In this document: positions 9,790 to 20,378 of the stretch, in pieces | How the letters are laid out: each line of letters starts with the position of its first letter | How positions within the stretch are numbered: position 1 is the stretch's first letter | Assembly (NCBI GenBank): GCA_037447435.1 | Contig: JBBIGR010000025.1 | Location: 1-64,000 of the forward strand | Length of the DNA: 64,000 nucleotides | Direction: 5' to 3' | Source of the DNA: Fibrobacteria bacterium | Lineage (GTDB): Bacteria > Fibrobacterota > Chitinivibrionia > Chitinivibrionales > FEN-1185 | Translations under genes and position numbers: made by a program | The notes under the pieces: model-generated | Database searches by the model: none | What the model saw: the letters and a program-made list of their open reading frames with translations, nothing else | Told to the model about the DNA's origin: nothing

Positions 9790-11211
9790 CTAGAACTGGA
9801 AATAGACAAACGGCATCGGCGTTGAACTGAACATGTACGCAAACGTCGCACAGAACATTGCAACGCAGATCCCTACACGCATATACGGCGGCACGGCATC
9901 GAATATCCGTCTCCTGTTCTTGTCTACCCAGTCGAAAAACAGCGTTATTCCGATAAATACCGCGCAAATCATTACAATTCGAAGCGTATAGGGACTGCCT
10001 TCCCATACCGCCATTTTATTTACAAACAATACAAGAGAATCCAGGTTTTCCACCCTAAATAAAAGCCAAGCGATAAGAACCAGCATAAAAGTACCCATTA
10101 CTTTTAACCAATGGGTTGAACGATTTTTTAAAGAACGAAGAGGGTATCTTTCAGGCTTTTTCTTTCCCGTCAACATCATACGGTGCACCGTAATATAAAT
10201 GGCATGCAATGCTCCCCAGAAAACGAATTTCCACTGCGCTCCATGCCACAGTCCCGCCAACAACATGGTCACCCACAAATTTACATTTGCCCGAAAATTC
10301 CCTTTTCGGTTGCCGCCCAAGCTGATATAGATGAAGTCACGCATCCAAGTGGAAAGTGAAATGTGCCAACGACGCCAGAATTCCGTAATATTGGGAGAAA
10401 AATACGGCTGTGCGAAATTATCCATTAAATCGACTCCGAAAAATTTTGCCGTGCCCTTTGCAATAAAACTGTACCCTGAGAAATCCATATAAATCTGGAC
10501 CGAAAAGAGTAAAAGTCCCATAAGCAATTCTGGCGATGAATAGTACTTCGGTTGGGCAAACAAATGATCGACGATACGGCCGGCAGTATCGCCGATCATC
10601 ACTTTCCTGAATAGACCTGTGCAAATAAACGTTGCTGCATGAATCACCTGGCCCTGTGTCGGTAATGCTCGTTTTTGGAGTTGCGGAAGCAAATGTCCTA
10701 TTCGTTCCATGGGACCGGCAACAAGCTGAGGGAAAAAAGCAATAAAAACGGAGAAATCGATAAGTGATCGAACGGGTTTTATATCTTTCCGGTAAACCGA
10801 TATCGTATAGGACAAAGCCTGAAACGTATAAAACGACACTCCCACCGGAAGCAAAACATTGACATGAAGGAAATCGAGATGAATATTGAATCGATTGCAC
10901 ATCACGCTCATACTGTCGGCAAAAAAATTGAAATATTTAAAAAATCCCAATACACCCAGATTACAGAAAAGGCTGATCGAAACAAGAATTTTTCTGAGCT
11001 TTGGACCATCTGCTTTATACAGGTATATCCCTATAAAAAAGTCAATGAGCGTTGAAAACGCCAGCAACAGGCAGAACCGCCAATCCCAATACCCGTAAAA
11101 TAGGTAGCTGGAAATTAATAAATGGATCATGCGCCATTTTTTGGGGAGCACACAATAAACAGGCACGACTATACCGAGAAATATGAAAAAAACAAATGAA
11201 TTAAAGAGCAT
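9790..11211 (-). CDS. MBOAT O-acyltransferase (AlgI/DltB family)
   Basis: MLFNS start; LPVGVSFYTFQ, FFPQLVAGP, YMDFSGYS, FWRRWHISLSTW, GLWHGA motifs. Confidence 0.93.
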   Translation of the reverse strand: MLFNSFVFFIFLGIVVPVYCVLPKKWRMIHLLISSYLFYGYWDWRFCLLLAFSTLIDFFIGIYLYKADGPKLRKILVSISLFCNLGVLGFFKYFNFFADSMSVMCNRFNIHLDFLHVNVLLPVGVSFYTFQALSYTISVYRKDIKPVRSLIDFSVFIAFFPQLVAGPMERIGHLLPQLQKRALPTQGQVIHAATFICTGLFRKVMIGDTAGRIVDHLFAQPKYYSSPELLMGLLLFSVQIYMDFSGYSFIAKGTAKFFGVDLMDNFAQPYFSPNITEFWRRWHISLSTWMRDFIYISLGGNRKGNFRANVNLWVTMLLAGLWHGAQWKFVFWGALHAIYITVHRMMLTGKKKPERYPLRSLKNRSTHWLKVMGTFMLVLIAWLLFRVENLDSLVLFVNKMAVWEGSPYTLRIVMICAVFIGITLFFDWVDKNRRRIFDAVPPYMRVGICVAMFCATFAYMFSSTPMPFVYFQF

Positions 11212-12265
11212 GAAAACCCGAAGCTGTCGAAATGGCATTTGTAGAAATCCCGCACCATTTTTTGCAATGAAGCGGAGCTTTGTTCAATAACATTGCCTTG
11301 CGGAAATTGCGCATTAACGTACCATTCCAACACCGAGAAAATCCTTTCTCAAACACATTGCCAAGATTCAAATCCAGGTAGCTGCAACACGGGGTAAGCC
11401 ATCCGCGCCAATTGACATATGCCATTCCTATGAACGGGGCTTTGCATATTCCATGGGCGTATTTACGGTTTGCAAGCAATTCCAAAGCATCGGTGCGGAT
11501 TCCGTGTTTCCTGCATTCCGAACTTATTTCTTTCACGACAGCTTCAGTATCCGCAGCTACCGGATGGTGGTAGCCTGCGGCATCGGACCCTTGCGATTCG
11601 TGCATGGCGAGAAGATACAGTTTTTTACAATTCGGTATTTTTGTCAGGAGTTTTGGAAGAGCGATAAGACTTTGGGCGTTTTCACGCGCGACAACCGCCC
11701 GAACCGAAAGCGGAACCGATGATACGGCTGCAAACTCCGTCATATTCGAGAAAACCTTATCAAGTGCTATTCCTCTGATTTGTTTGAATGTTTCACTATC
11801 GGCAGAATCAACACTCACGACCAGTTCGGTGAGCCCGCTGGATGCAAGGTCTCTGGAAAGCTCACCAAAAAGCAAGGTTGCGTTTGTCGTGACAGCAACA
11901 TGCCGTACATATTTTCGCGCCTCGCGGATTGCTTCGGTTAATTGCGGATATAAGAGCGGTTCGCCCTCGCCAAACAGGTTGATGCATCCGGCTCGCTTAA
12001 GCTGCGGCAACAAATCGAGCAGTTTGGAAAAGTCCATATCTCCGGTACCATGCGTGTTTAAATCGGGAGAATTATGGGAACACCACAAGCATTTGAGATT
12101 GCATCGGTTCGTAACTTCTATTTGTATTTGTGAAGGGAAATTATAGCTGTACAATGAGGTTTTTTTTTTGAGAAGGGCAATTTCGGCAAATCGGACAAGA
12201 TTCAGGGCTGTTTTATTCTCCAGCATAATCCGCATTGCGTCGGTTTTTTCCCAAACACGTTTCAT
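11201..12265 (-). CDS. Radical SAM protein with SPASM/twitch domain
   Basis: EVTNRCNLKCLWC (CxxxCxxC); GEGEPLL; TTNATL; C-terminal CKAPF...TPCC...CKKWC. Start codon uncertain. Confidence 0.88.
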   Translation of the reverse strand: MKRVWEKTDAMRIMLENKTALNLVRFAEIALLKKKTSLYSYNFPSQIQIEVTNRCNLKCLWCSHNSPDLNTHGTGDMDFSKLLDLLPQLKRAGCINLFGEGEPLLYPQLTEAIREARKYVRHVAVTTNATLLFGELSRDLASSGLTELVVSVDSADSETFKQIRGIALDKVFSNMTEFAAVSSVPLSVRAVVARENAQSLIALPKLLTKIPNCKKLYLLAMHESQGSDAAGYHHPVAADTEAVVKEISSECRKHGIRTDALELLANRKYAHGICKAPFIGMAYVNWRGWLTPCCSYLDLNLGNVFEKGFSRCWNGTLMRNFRKAMLLNKAPLHCKKWCGISTNAISTASGFHAL

Positions 12266-12422
12266 GCACCCTCGCCAAGAATCAGCCGGACCTGCTGTGT
12301 AATAATTTTCATTGCCACTATCACGTAATGCTTTACATAAATTATACTCTTCGGAAGGATGTTTGTCAAATTCCGCATTCCCGGTTTTTTGTCCAAACTG
12401 GAAAAACCGTTATGTTCAAAAA

Positions 12423-13394
12423 TCACGGTTTAATCCGCACGCCCGTTTTTTTGGAGAAAGCGGAGTATTTCCGATATAGGCAAAAAGCAATTACACCCAA
12501 AACCATGTCCGAAATCATCGAAAAAAAACGCATTACAAGAGGAATTATAAGGGACATGCCAGTTCCGAAAAACGGATTTAACAAAAAAAACAATGCCCCC
12601 TCGCGCACGCCAAGACCGCCGGGCGAGAACACCATGACAAATCCGACCAGATCCGCCAAAAGCATGCTTGAACAAACCAGGGCCGTTTTACCGGGGGAAA
12701 TTGCAAAGCCGATACTATGACATAAAGCAATGCCAGAAAACCCGAACAACAGGTTTGAACAAATAATGGGAACCTGAATTGCAATCAAGTCCGATCTTTT
12801 CATGCTGTGCACTAGCAGGGTTTTATTGAATCGTCCCAATACCCATGATAAAACCTTGGTTACTCGTTTTTCGGCAATAAGAAATCCCGTATATGCTACC
12901 GCACCCGAACATACTATCAACGCAATAGCAATTCCCCAGAAAGGATTGTGGTAAAACAAAAATACCGGCGTAGCGATCAAAATATTCGTGACAAGCGACG
13001 AAACTATTATGATCGCGTTTATATATAAAACGAACGATTTCGGAATACCTTTTTTTTCCATGATGACCATTTGCAGCGCATATGACCATATTTTCCCCGG
13101 AAGGTACTTCGACAATTGCGTAGAGTTGACAATAGCAACACTTTCGCCAAATTCGATTTTGTTTTCGGACGGGTAGGTCTTTATCGCAAGCAACCAGGCA
13201 TAGGTAGTGGCCAGGTAAGATCCCATTATAAAAAGAATCCCGCACAGCACTCCCCCAACATGAAATCGAAGATGGGCCGAATAAACGGCCCCAAAATTGG
13301 CCCTCAGTTCCTTTACAATATAAAATAACGTTCCTGCAACGACAAGCAGAACAAGCGTTCTTAAAAAAAAATGGTACCCGTTTTTTTTCTTCAT
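12423..13394 (-). CDS. Lysylphosphatidylglycerol-synthase-TM (UPF0104) flippase-like membrane protein
   Basis: Multi-TM protein; SKYLPGKIW and SPGGLGVREG motifs. Confidence 0.8.
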   Translation of the reverse strand: MKKKNGYHFFLRTLVLLVVAGTLFYIVKELRANFGAVYSAHLRFHVGGVLCGILFIMGSYLATTYAWLLAIKTYPSENKIEFGESVAIVNSTQLSKYLPGKIWSYALQMVIMEKKGIPKSFVLYINAIIIVSSLVTNILIATPVFLFYHNPFWGIAIALIVCSGAVAYTGFLIAEKRVTKVLSWVLGRFNKTLLVHSMKRSDLIAIQVPIICSNLLFGFSGIALCHSIGFAISPGKTALVCSSMLLADLVGFVMVFSPGGLGVREGALFFLLNPFFGTGMSLIIPLVMRFFSMISDMVLGVIAFCLYRKYSAFSKKTGVRIKP

Positions 13395-13425
13395 TCTTGA
13401 ACACGGGGCGATGAATTCATAACGA

Positions 13426-14046
13426 TTAATCCTTTATATCACCGGCATCGGGATTTCCTTTGAGAACAACCAATACATGATTTCCCCTTAGTATACCGAC
13501 GTGTTCTATGGAAGCCACACGTTCGCATAATCGCAATAATTCATCTTTTGAAAAACGATCATACACAGGTCCATCCCCATTATCAACCATTATGCCCTTG
13601 ACTTTGTCTTTTAACCGCTGCGGATTAAGGCAGGATCCTACCGGTTCAAGGATAATAATTCTTTGCCCGGTCACTCTCAGGATTTTTTTAAGAATTTCTT
13701 CAGCATGGGTTTTGAAATTATAGAGGATCTTTAAAAGAACATATACTTCGGCTTTTTGAAAGGAACATGTTCTGATATCGGCCACGGTCGCTTCGATTCC
13801 CATTTTTTTCAGATACTTTACAAATACCGGATTTATATCGTTCGAGCGATATCTCCTCACCTTGCGTTTTAGAAAGTGTAAATAAAAATCCCCGGTTCCC
13901 GCTCCAATCTCGAAAACATCGGATTGTTGGGGAACCCATTTCACCACTTCAGCCCACTGTTCCATAAGGCTGGAATTGCTTTGCCGCCAAAGCATTTTAG
14001 TACAAAATTTGTATAGGAAAGGGTGCCAATAGGCCGGGCTTTTCAT
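13426..14046 (-). CDS. Class I SAM-dependent methyltransferase
   Basis: VFEIGAGTG motif I; DIN; ATGA overlap (14043-14046) with the upstream GT4 stop codon. Confidence 0.8.
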   Translation of the reverse strand: MKSPAYWHPFLYKFCTKMLWRQSNSSLMEQWAEVVKWVPQQSDVFEIGAGTGDFYLHFLKRKVRRYRSNDINPVFVKYLKKMGIEATVADIRTCSFQKAEVYVLLKILYNFKTHAEEILKKILRVTGQRIIILEPVGSCLNPQRLKDKVKGIMVDNGDGPVYDRFSKDELLRLCERVASIEHVGILRGNHVLVVLKGNPDAGDIKD

Positions 14047-15176
14047 TGTGTGAGCTCCAGCCACGTTCGTGCGCTTTCGGCTATATTAAATTCTTCGGAA
14101 AGTTTTCGTATCCCCGCAACATAGGTTTTTTCAGGGGAATGAGCCATGGAGATCATAGCCGAACAGAGAGCATCGGGATCTCCCGCGGGCACCACCAGAC
14201 CGGCATTGTATGACTTGACAATTGCGCCCATATCCCCCACGTCTGAAACAATCACCGGTTTTTGGGCCTGAAAGGCGTCGGACAAAACGACCGGGATGCT
14301 TTCCATGCGCGATGGAATAACGACCGCATCGCACGCATGCATAAAGCGGACGACAGTATCGTTGGCCGCATATCCGCCCAAGGTAACATGGCTGCAAAGG
14401 TCAAGGTGCTTTATCCGCTTTTCGATATTGCTGCGAAGCGGGCCCCCGCCGAACAAATACAAATGCCCTTGTCCTTCCGACCGGACAAAACGGGCCATGG
14501 CGTCGATCAAAATGTCGACTCCTTTGACACGGGCATACCGGCCAATGAAAAGAAAACAAAACCCGTTTTTCTCGATCGGGGCTTTGGCTTCGTTCGAAAA
14601 ATCGAGCTTACGGCTTGACGCAAGAAACGGGCATTCACGGCCCGAAATCTTTTGCGCTTCCTTGCCGAGTGCGATTCCGTCGGCAAAAATAAAGTCGCTT
14701 TTTTTCAAAACGTCCGCCACGATCCTTCTCAGAAACGGATAGCGCCCATAGGTCCAGATATCGGAACCGAGACACCACGTCGTATAGGGGACATGAAACC
14801 GTTGTTTAAAACGTGCCGCAAGCAAACCTCCCGGTACAGCCCACATGGCGATGATATGATCGAACGGTTTCTCATGATGCAATATTGCAAGCGCCCGCAT
14901 TCCCCGTATAAACAGACTCAGCATCATGAGAGCATGATGGGGATAATAGGGTTTCATATAAGACAGACGTTTTTTGCCGCCGAGCCAGGGGAACCAGGTA
15001 ACGGAAATTCCGGGCGTAGTTTCTTTGGGAAAAACGTTTTTTTCCGGAACGATTATTCTGACCGCGTGCCCCGCATTGGAAAGCGCCAAGGCAAAATCCC
15101 GTACGAACAGGCCTGCCGTTGCCCTCGCATCATTCGAATTTGCCGGAAAAGAACTGGTCAATATGCCGATGTTCAC
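14043..15176 (-). CDS. Glycosyltransferase family 4
   Basis: TSSFP N-terminus; FIGRYARVKGVD; PSRMESIPVVLSDA; VSDVG. Confidence 0.9.
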   Translation of the reverse strand: MNIGILTSSFPANSNDARATAGLFVRDFALALSNAGHAVRIIVPEKNVFPKETTPGISVTWFPWLGGKKRLSYMKPYYPHHALMMLSLFIRGMRALAILHHEKPFDHIIAMWAVPGGLLAARFKQRFHVPYTTWCLGSDIWTYGRYPFLRRIVADVLKKSDFIFADGIALGKEAQKISGRECPFLASSRKLDFSNEAKAPIEKNGFCFLFIGRYARVKGVDILIDAMARFVRSEGQGHLYLFGGGPLRSNIEKRIKHLDLCSHVTLGGYAANDTVVRFMHACDAVVIPSRMESIPVVLSDAFQAQKPVIVSDVGDMGAIVKSYNAGLVVPAGDPDALCSAMISMAHSPEKTYVAGIRKLSEEFNIAESARTWLELTQ

Positions 15177-15260
15177 TTCAACTTCCCTTTACAATTAAGG
15201 AACCGCCGCCACGTATAGTATACTATTTCATGCGCGATAAAATCGAGAAAATCCCTAAAG

Positions 15261-15290
15261 AAAAGGCCTTGAACGATTCAAGGCCTTTTT
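15261..15290. terminator. Intrinsic terminator downstream of aconitase
   Basis: AAAAGGCCTTGAA-CGA-TTCAAGGCCTTTT perfect stem with A/T runs. Confidence 0.85.
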
Positions 15291-15320
15291 GCTTTTATAC
15301 GTATACCAACCAAAACATAC

Positions 15321-17267
15321 TTACTTCTTGTTTCTGTCCCTTGTTTCATTAATCAACCCGCCGGCGAGTAAAATCGCTTTTTGGCGGTCGGTAGCGTCGA
15401 CAACGAGAGTAAACGTTTTGTTTTGGGTTAGGTTCTTTACGGTAAGCTTTCCCGCTTTTATACCGGCATGAATATCGCCGACTGAAAGCCTGTCGTTGGC
15501 CTTTATCGAATCATAATCCGATGCGTCGGCAAAAACGGCCGGAATAATTCCGAAATTGAAAAGGTTTGCCTTATGGATACGTTCGATGGACTTGGCGGCG
15601 ACGATTTTGACGCCTAAGAACATCGGGCAAATCGCGGCATGTTCGCGGGATGATCCCTGACCGTATGATTCCCCTGCGACAATGATATTGGCTATATTAT
15701 TTTTCTTGTTTTCCATTGCGCGCTTCGAAAACGTCGAATCCTGCCGTTCAAAAACAAATTCGGCATACTTGGGAATATTGGACCGGTATTTCATCCGGGA
15801 ACCGGCGGGCATGATGTCGTCCGTGGTAACCTTGTCGCCGAGAAAAATTGCCACCGCGGCATCAATGTTGTTTGGCCATGCCACGTTCGTCGGAGGAGCG
15901 CCGATATTGGGGCCGCGTTTGATTTCGACCGTTTCTTGTTTATCGACCGGAGCGATAATCATACCGTCGTCTATAAGGAATCTTTTAGGCATTTCGATTA
16001 TCGGGTATTGTTCTTTTGCAAAGGAAACACACGGATCGACGAGCTCGCCGGCAAGGGCGCAGGCAACCGCGGCTTCGGGAGAAACCAAATATACCTGACC
16101 GCTCTCGGTGCCGCTTCTACCATAGAAATTTCTATTCGACGTGCGCACCGAAACGGAATCCGTGGCCGGTGCCATGGAGTTTCCAATACAAAATCCACAG
16201 GCATTTTCCAGAATGCGGGCACCGGACGAAATGATATCGGCCAGGGCGCCGTTTCTGCTTATCATTTCCAAAACCTGACGCGACCCGCAGGATAGCCCGA
16301 GGGAAACCCCGGCAGGAATTTTTTTCCCTTTCAGCGCATGGGCAACGGTCATCAAATCGCTATACGATGAGTTGGTGCAGGAACCGATGAGCACCTGATC
16401 TACCTTGACTCCTTTTAATTCGGAAAGTTTCTTTACATTGCCCGGGGAATGCGGTGTTGCAGCCCGGGGTTCGAGCGATGAAAGGTCTATGGAAATAACC
16501 CTGTCGTACGTCGCGTCGGCATCGGCGATTATTTCCTTAAAGCACGCTTCCCTGCCCTGGGCGAGAAGAAATGCCTTCGTGGTTTGATCGGACGGAAACA
16601 CCGACGTGGTAACGCCGAGCTCTGCGCCCATGTTGGTAATTGTCGCACGCTGGGGAACCGAAAGCGTCGCAACCGCCGGCCCGCCGTATTCGACAACCGT
16701 TCCGACATTCCCTTTTGTCGAAAGGATTTCCAGCACTTTTAAAATCACGTCTTTTGCCGCGACCCACGGAGACAATTTTCCGGCAAGTTCGACTTTAACA
16801 ACCTTGGGATATGCGCAATAAAACAATCCGCCGCCCATGGCAACCGCCACATCGAGACCGCCGGCGCCGATGGCGATCATGCCGATGCCGCCGCCGGTTG
16901 GCGTATGAGAATCGCTGCCGAGCAATGTCTTACCGGGAGCGCCGAAGCGTTCCAAATGCACCTGATGGCAAATGCCGTTTCCGGGTCGTGAAAAATAAAT
17001 ACCGAATTTTTTCGCAACCGACTCCAAATAGCGGTGATCGTCGGCGTTTTCATAGCCTTCCTGAATCGTGTTGTGATCGATATATGATACGGAAAGCTCG
17101 GTTTTAACCCTGTCGAAGCCCAAAGCTTCAAATTGCAGATAGGCCATCGTGCCCGTTGCGTCTTGGGTGAGTGTTTGATCGATTCGAAGCCCGATTTCGC
17201 TTCCCGCTTGCGATTTTCCTTCTACAATATGACTATCGAAAATTTTTTGAACGACATTCTTTCCCAT
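15321..17267 (-). CDS. Aconitate hydratase (short single-chain ~650 aa type)
   Basis: QDATGT, DHN, GICHQVH, DSHT, GSCTN, CGFCIG, SNRNF.GR, GQGSSREHA motifs. Confidence 0.9.
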   Translation of the reverse strand: MGKNVVQKIFDSHIVEGKSQAGSEIGLRIDQTLTQDATGTMAYLQFEALGFDRVKTELSVSYIDHNTIQEGYENADDHRYLESVAKKFGIYFSRPGNGICHQVHLERFGAPGKTLLGSDSHTPTGGGIGMIAIGAGGLDVAVAMGGGLFYCAYPKVVKVELAGKLSPWVAAKDVILKVLEILSTKGNVGTVVEYGGPAVATLSVPQRATITNMGAELGVTTSVFPSDQTTKAFLLAQGREACFKEIIADADATYDRVISIDLSSLEPRAATPHSPGNVKKLSELKGVKVDQVLIGSCTNSSYSDLMTVAHALKGKKIPAGVSLGLSCGSRQVLEMISRNGALADIISSGARILENACGFCIGNSMAPATDSVSVRTSNRNFYGRSGTESGQVYLVSPEAAVACALAGELVDPCVSFAKEQYPIIEMPKRFLIDDGMIIAPVDKQETVEIKRGPNIGAPPTNVAWPNNIDAAVAIFLGDKVTTDDIMPAGSRMKYRSNIPKYAEFVFERQDSTFSKRAMENKKNNIANIIVAGESYGQGSSREHAAICPMFLGVKIVAAKSIERIHKANLFNFGIIPAVFADASDYDSIKANDRLSVGDIHAGIKAGKLTVKNLTQNKTFTLVVDATDRQKAILLAGGLINETRDRNKK

Positions 17268-17311
17268 TTGTTTTCCCTTTTTCTTCTAATAAATTATTTG
17301 AAATTGAAATT

Positions 17312-19261
17312 TTATTTTTCGGGTAGGTCCCTCAAAGCTTTCAACATTTCGCTCTTGTTGAGAATATCGCGCATGATAATGGGATGATACGGATCATCGC
17401 CGCGGAACACGGCCAAAAACGGGACGCTGCGCGAGCCTAAATGATGCAAAAGATCCTCGGCAGGAGGATTGGCCCAGGTCAAATCGGCCTTCAAGGTTAA
17501 AACCTTCTTTTTAATCAGCAAGTCCGCAACCGAAGGGTCGGATAAAACCGTCACGAGGTTATATTGACAATTAATACACCAGCTTGCCGTAAAATCGACG
17601 ACGACGCTTTGCCCCCGCCGATGCGCATCCTTAAGGTCTGCTGCGGTAAATTCTTCCCAATATATTTGCGACGCCTTCGAAGCTGCGTTCATGGACCGGG
17701 AGGCGTATAAAACGTCATAGGAAACATATGCGCCCAGCACCAAAATACCCAGACAAATAAGTGCCACGATGACTTTTCGTACAACAGAAGTTCCAAAAGG
17801 CGCAAACCGAGAATACATCACAATGGCAAATGCGGCGATGAGGCAAAATCCTACGGTTGCGGCAACCATGTCTTTGGGCAAACCGAACAATAAATACGTT
17901 GCGGAACCAAGCAATAAAAAGCCCATGAGATATTTGAAATTCTCCATCCATTTCCCGGGCTTCGGAATAATCTTAAGCAACATTTTATTGGATGACAAAA
18001 GAATATACGGAAAGGCCATACCCAATCCTATGGAACCGAAAACGATAAAAATGACCACTGCGGGTTGGGTAAGGGTCCAAGCAAGCGTTGCACCTAAAAA
18101 CGGCCCGCTGCACGGAGTGGCAAGCGCGGTGGCAAGCATACCTCTAAAGAAATCGCCTGAAAACCCGTTTGCCGGTTTGTTTCCGAGATTTGAAACAGCG
18201 CCCGAAATCGGCACGATATAAATATCGAAAAGGCCGAGACTGAAAACAACCATGATAAGAATAAGCCCGATTAAAAACCAGGGACTTTGAAAATGCTGCC
18301 CCCACGACAAATGCGCAAAAGAAGCAAGTGCGGCAAGGAACATGAATACGGAAAACATTCCGGCAGCAAAAGATATACTCCGTAATAACGCCGATTTGCG
18401 GGAGGAGCCGCTTGCATTTGCAAATGACAGGATTTTTATTCCGAGCACCGGTAATACGCACGGCATCACGTTCAGTATGATTCCGGCGATAAAACCGAAC
18501 AATATCGCTAAAAGCAAATTCATAACTTGCCGGTGTTCGACGGGATCGTAATCCCAGGAAATCGGCGATTCCTTGATCGGCGAGTTCAGTCGAATCGAAC
18601 CGAGCGACGAAACGTTCGGAGCCAGGAGCGCGGCCGAATCGCTGCTCACGGTAAAAGGCATCGGTTCGCATTGTTTAGCAATCTCGGCAAGATCCGGATG
18701 TTTCTCAAAGGAAAGACCGGATGAAGATGCCGACACGCCGACATCGACATCTTTGACCAATGATACGGGAATGCAGGCTGTCGCACACATGAGACCTTGA
18801 AGCACGAACCCCGTATGGATTTCTTTTGAGGGATGCGGCGACAGTACGCCTTTACAATAGAAATAAGCGTTCTTTTCATATGCCCACACCCACCCGCCGA
18901 TTTCGGGCGTGAATTTCTCGGGTGCCGATTTACGCAAAGTCACCCATTGAATATCGTCGGATTTGCCAAGCGAAACGATTACGGGCTTTCCGATGCCGGG
19001 CCCCAGGGGATTTGCGTATAAATGGAATTTGGAGGGTACGAAAACATGAACTGCGGCAACGACCGTATCGCCGGGGCCATATGAGCTTTTATCAAGAACC
19101 ACGTTCGCTGTAAGTTCCGGTTGATCGTCTAAGTCAAGAGAATGACACGGAAAAACCAATACGGCCATAAGAAGCATTGCGATGATTCCGGTCGCTTGGA
19201 CAGTACAAAAATACCCGGCGCATTTTTCTTTCCATGTCGTGCCGGGTCCATTAATTACCAT
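17312..19261 (-). CDS. dsbD: Thiol:disulfide interchange protein DsbD
   Basis: N-terminal Ig-like domain with CATAC; TM domain with MPCVLP and ATPCSGP; C-terminal thioredoxin WCINC. Start codon uncertain. Confidence 0.85.
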   Translation of the reverse strand: MVINGPGTTWKEKCAGYFCTVQATGIIAMLLMAVLVFPCHSLDLDDQPELTANVVLDKSSYGPGDTVVAAVHVFVPSKFHLYANPLGPGIGKPVIVSLGKSDDIQWVTLRKSAPEKFTPEIGGWVWAYEKNAYFYCKGVLSPHPSKEIHTGFVLQGLMCATACIPVSLVKDVDVGVSASSSGLSFEKHPDLAEIAKQCEPMPFTVSSDSAALLAPNVSSLGSIRLNSPIKESPISWDYDPVEHRQVMNLLLAILFGFIAGIILNVMPCVLPVLGIKILSFANASGSSRKSALLRSISFAAGMFSVFMFLAALASFAHLSWGQHFQSPWFLIGLILIMVVFSLGLFDIYIVPISGAVSNLGNKPANGFSGDFFRGMLATALATPCSGPFLGATLAWTLTQPAVVIFIVFGSIGLGMAFPYILLSSNKMLLKIIPKPGKWMENFKYLMGFLLLGSATYLLFGLPKDMVAATVGFCLIAAFAIVMYSRFAPFGTSVVRKVIVALICLGILVLGAYVSYDVLYASRSMNAASKASQIYWEEFTAADLKDAHRRGQSVVVDFTASWCINCQYNLVTVLSDPSVADLLIKKKVLTLKADLTWANPPAEDLLHHLGSRSVPFLAVFRGDDPYHPIIMRDILNKSEMLKALRDLPEK

Positions 19262-19364
19262 AAAAACCTTTACTGGACGAAATATCTTTTATATATTAAA
19301 CGCATAGCGATATTTTTGCAATCAAATATAATTAATATTTGCCCATCGCCCAAAAGGAACTATA

Positions 19365-20141
19365 ATGACGGAATCCCAATCAAACACCGATCATCCCGAT
19401 CTTTTTATCGAAGAGAACCAGAACGCGGAACTGTTCATCGAATCGGGCGAAATTGCCAAAGCAGCAAAAATCCTTGTTGAAGTCATTGCGAAAGATGCCG
19501 GTAATTATAGGGCATATAATAACATAGGAATAATTTCGTGGATGCAAAAGGCATGGGAAGACGCATTCTCCATGTTTAAAAAATCAGCTTCGCTTAAACC
19601 CGATTATACCGACGCATTGATTAACCTTTTTGATGCGGCATTAAAGCTTCGCCGTATCAATGAAGCATTGTCGTTTTTTGAACTCGGAATCGCAAAAAAC
19701 CCGCAATTGGAAGAAATCAGGATCATTCGCGACAGCATTGTTTCCCAGGGCGATGGAATCTACAAATCGGAACGAGGGCTTGTTGTGGGTGTATATAACG
19801 CGCGGGTCGAAGAAGCGCAGAAACTTCTATCGGACGGCAAGCTAATGCCTGCAATGGAAAAATTTATTAAAATTTACGATGAGGAAGGCCCCTCGGCCGA
19901 AGTTCTTTCCGGATTGGGCATTATTTCATATTATCAACAACGTTATAAAGACGCATTTTCATTGTTTTTCGAATCCATAAAGTTGAATCCGACATCAAGA
20001 GATAATTTTCTTAATCTGTTGGACGCTGCAAAACAATGCGGTAGCGTCGATGAAGCAAAGAAAATTTTTAGTTCATACGCAAAAGATTTCCCTTTTCTCG
20101 GCTCATTGGCTCAGGATTTCGAGATTGAATTGACATTATAA
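19365..20141 (+). CDS. Tetratricopeptide repeat protein
   Basis: Two similar TPR blocks (AYNNIGIISW...ALINL and VLSGLGIISY...NFLNL). Confidence 0.75.
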   Translation: MTESQSNTDHPDLFIEENQNAELFIESGEIAKAAKILVEVIAKDAGNYRAYNNIGIISWMQKAWEDAFSMFKKSASLKPDYTDALINLFDAALKLRRINEALSFFELGIAKNPQLEEIRIIRDSIVSQGDGIYKSERGLVVGVYNARVEEAQKLLSDGKLMPAMEKFIKIYDEEGPSAEVLSGLGIISYYQQRYKDAFSLFFESIKLNPTSRDNFLNLLDAAKQCGSVDEAKKIFSSYAKDFPFLGSLAQDFEIELTL

Positions 20142-20166
20142 TTTGCATTCGATATTTTTTACATAT

Positions 20167-20330
20167 AATCACGGGCGTCAGGGAATACCGGTGTAATTCC
20201 GGAGCGGACCTGCCACTGTAATCCCAAAGCCGGTTCTTAAGTGAACCGGGAACTGTCATACAAACCACTGTACCCTCATAGGTATGGGAAGGCGACAGTT
20301 TCGGGAAAGCCAGGAGACCTGCCTGCGATT
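20167..20330 (+). ncRNA. Cobalamin (B12) riboswitch
   Basis: AGGGAA-taccGGTGtaAtTCCgg, GCCACTGTAA, CCACTG...GGGAAGG and the B12 box AGCCAGGAGACCTGCC; closing stem AATCACGGGC/GCCTGCGATT; lies upstream of a TonB receptor. Confidence 0.93.
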
Positions 20331-20378
20331 TTCTTCGTCTTACGGACCTTCATGGTAAAAGGTTCCGGGAGGTTTTCA

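Noticed and set aside
20241..20378. N-terminal extension of the TonB receptor given by the ORF track
   Set aside because: It overlaps the riboswitch core; TTG 20379 has a GGGAGG RBS and begins a signal peptide.
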